Source of the DNA: Eledone cirrhosa
Lineage: Eukaryota
Reading direction: 5' to 3'
Assembly: GCA_964016885.1 (NCBI GenBank)
Contig: OZ024757.1
Location: 31,062,001-31,126,000 of the forward strand
Length of the DNA stretch: 64,000 nucleotides
How positions within the stretch are numbered: the stretch's first letter is position 1; the number at the start of each line of letters is the position of its first letter. The notes beneath the pieces are model-generated. The model did no database searches. It saw nothing but the letters and a program-made list of their open reading frames with translations, and was not told where the DNA came from. The position numbers and the translations under genes are program-made. Below, one piece after another: positions 63,293 to 64,000 of this stretch.

Positions 63293-64000
63293 AGCTGTTT
63301 CATAAATGTTTTAGAGGAGGAGTGGCTACGAAGTTGTGTATAACATGTGTAGTGTAGATTATACACCTGTATAGTGGTGGGGGGTGGTGGTGTTAGTAGT
63401 GGTGGTGTTAGTAGTAGTAGTGGTGGTGGTAGTGGTGGTGTTGGTAGTGGTGGTGTTAGTAATAGTGGTGGTGTTGTTAGTAGTGTTGGTAGTGGTGGTG
63501 TTAGCAATAGTGGTGGTGTTGTTAGTAGTAGTGGTGGTGTTAGCAATAGTGGTGGTGGTGTTAGTAGTAGTGGTGGTGTTAGCAATAGTGGTGGTGGTGT
63601 TAGTAGTGGTGGTGGTGTTGTTAGTGGTGGTGCGATGTTGTTAGTGATGTGTTAGTGGTAGTGGTGGAGGTTGTGTTAGAAGTAGTGGTGGTGGTGGTGG
63701 TGGTCCCAGGAGGGCTTTTTGGGAGGAGTTGATAAGTTATCAGTTGGTTGACATGTATATTGTATAGGTAGTTGTGGTGGTGTTGGTGTTGGTAGTGGTG
63801 GTTTTGTAGGAGGTAGAGGTGTTGGTGGCCCCAGGAGGGCTTTTTTGGCTGTCGGTAAGTTATTTGTTGGTTGACATATATGTAGTATAGGTAATAGTGG
63901 TAGTGGTGGTCGTGGTGGTGGTCCCGGGAGGATATTTTCGTTGGTAAATTGTCAGGTTTGTTGACATGTATGAAGTACAGGTGGTAGTGGTGGTGGTGGT

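Overview
Eukaryotic, very AT-rich and microsatellite-rich animal DNA. It is most likely from an octopod cephalopod, inferred from its SINE/LINE repertoire and not verified by search. Almost all ORFs in the supplied track are translations of simple repeats. Reading splice sites by hand gives one convincing minus-strand gene spanning about 36 kb, with coding exons at 63225-63261, 49144-49898, 36559-36660 and 26930-27181. It encodes a ~381-aa protein: signal peptide, Thr/Ser/Asn-rich mucin-like region, one Ly6/uPAR (three-finger, CCxxxxCN) domain and a putative GPI-anchor tail. A possible terminal exon of a convergent plus-strand gene lies at 92-219. The rest is satellites (115-bp and 120-bp arrays), multi-kb (TA)n tracts, SINEs, fragments of CRE, L1/Tx1, CR1 and RTE LINEs, MITEs and a Helitron-like element. 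There is also a dense set of Penelope-like remnants carrying type I hammerhead ribozyme motifs, many as foldback palindromes embedded in (TA)n. One 200-N assembly gap is present.
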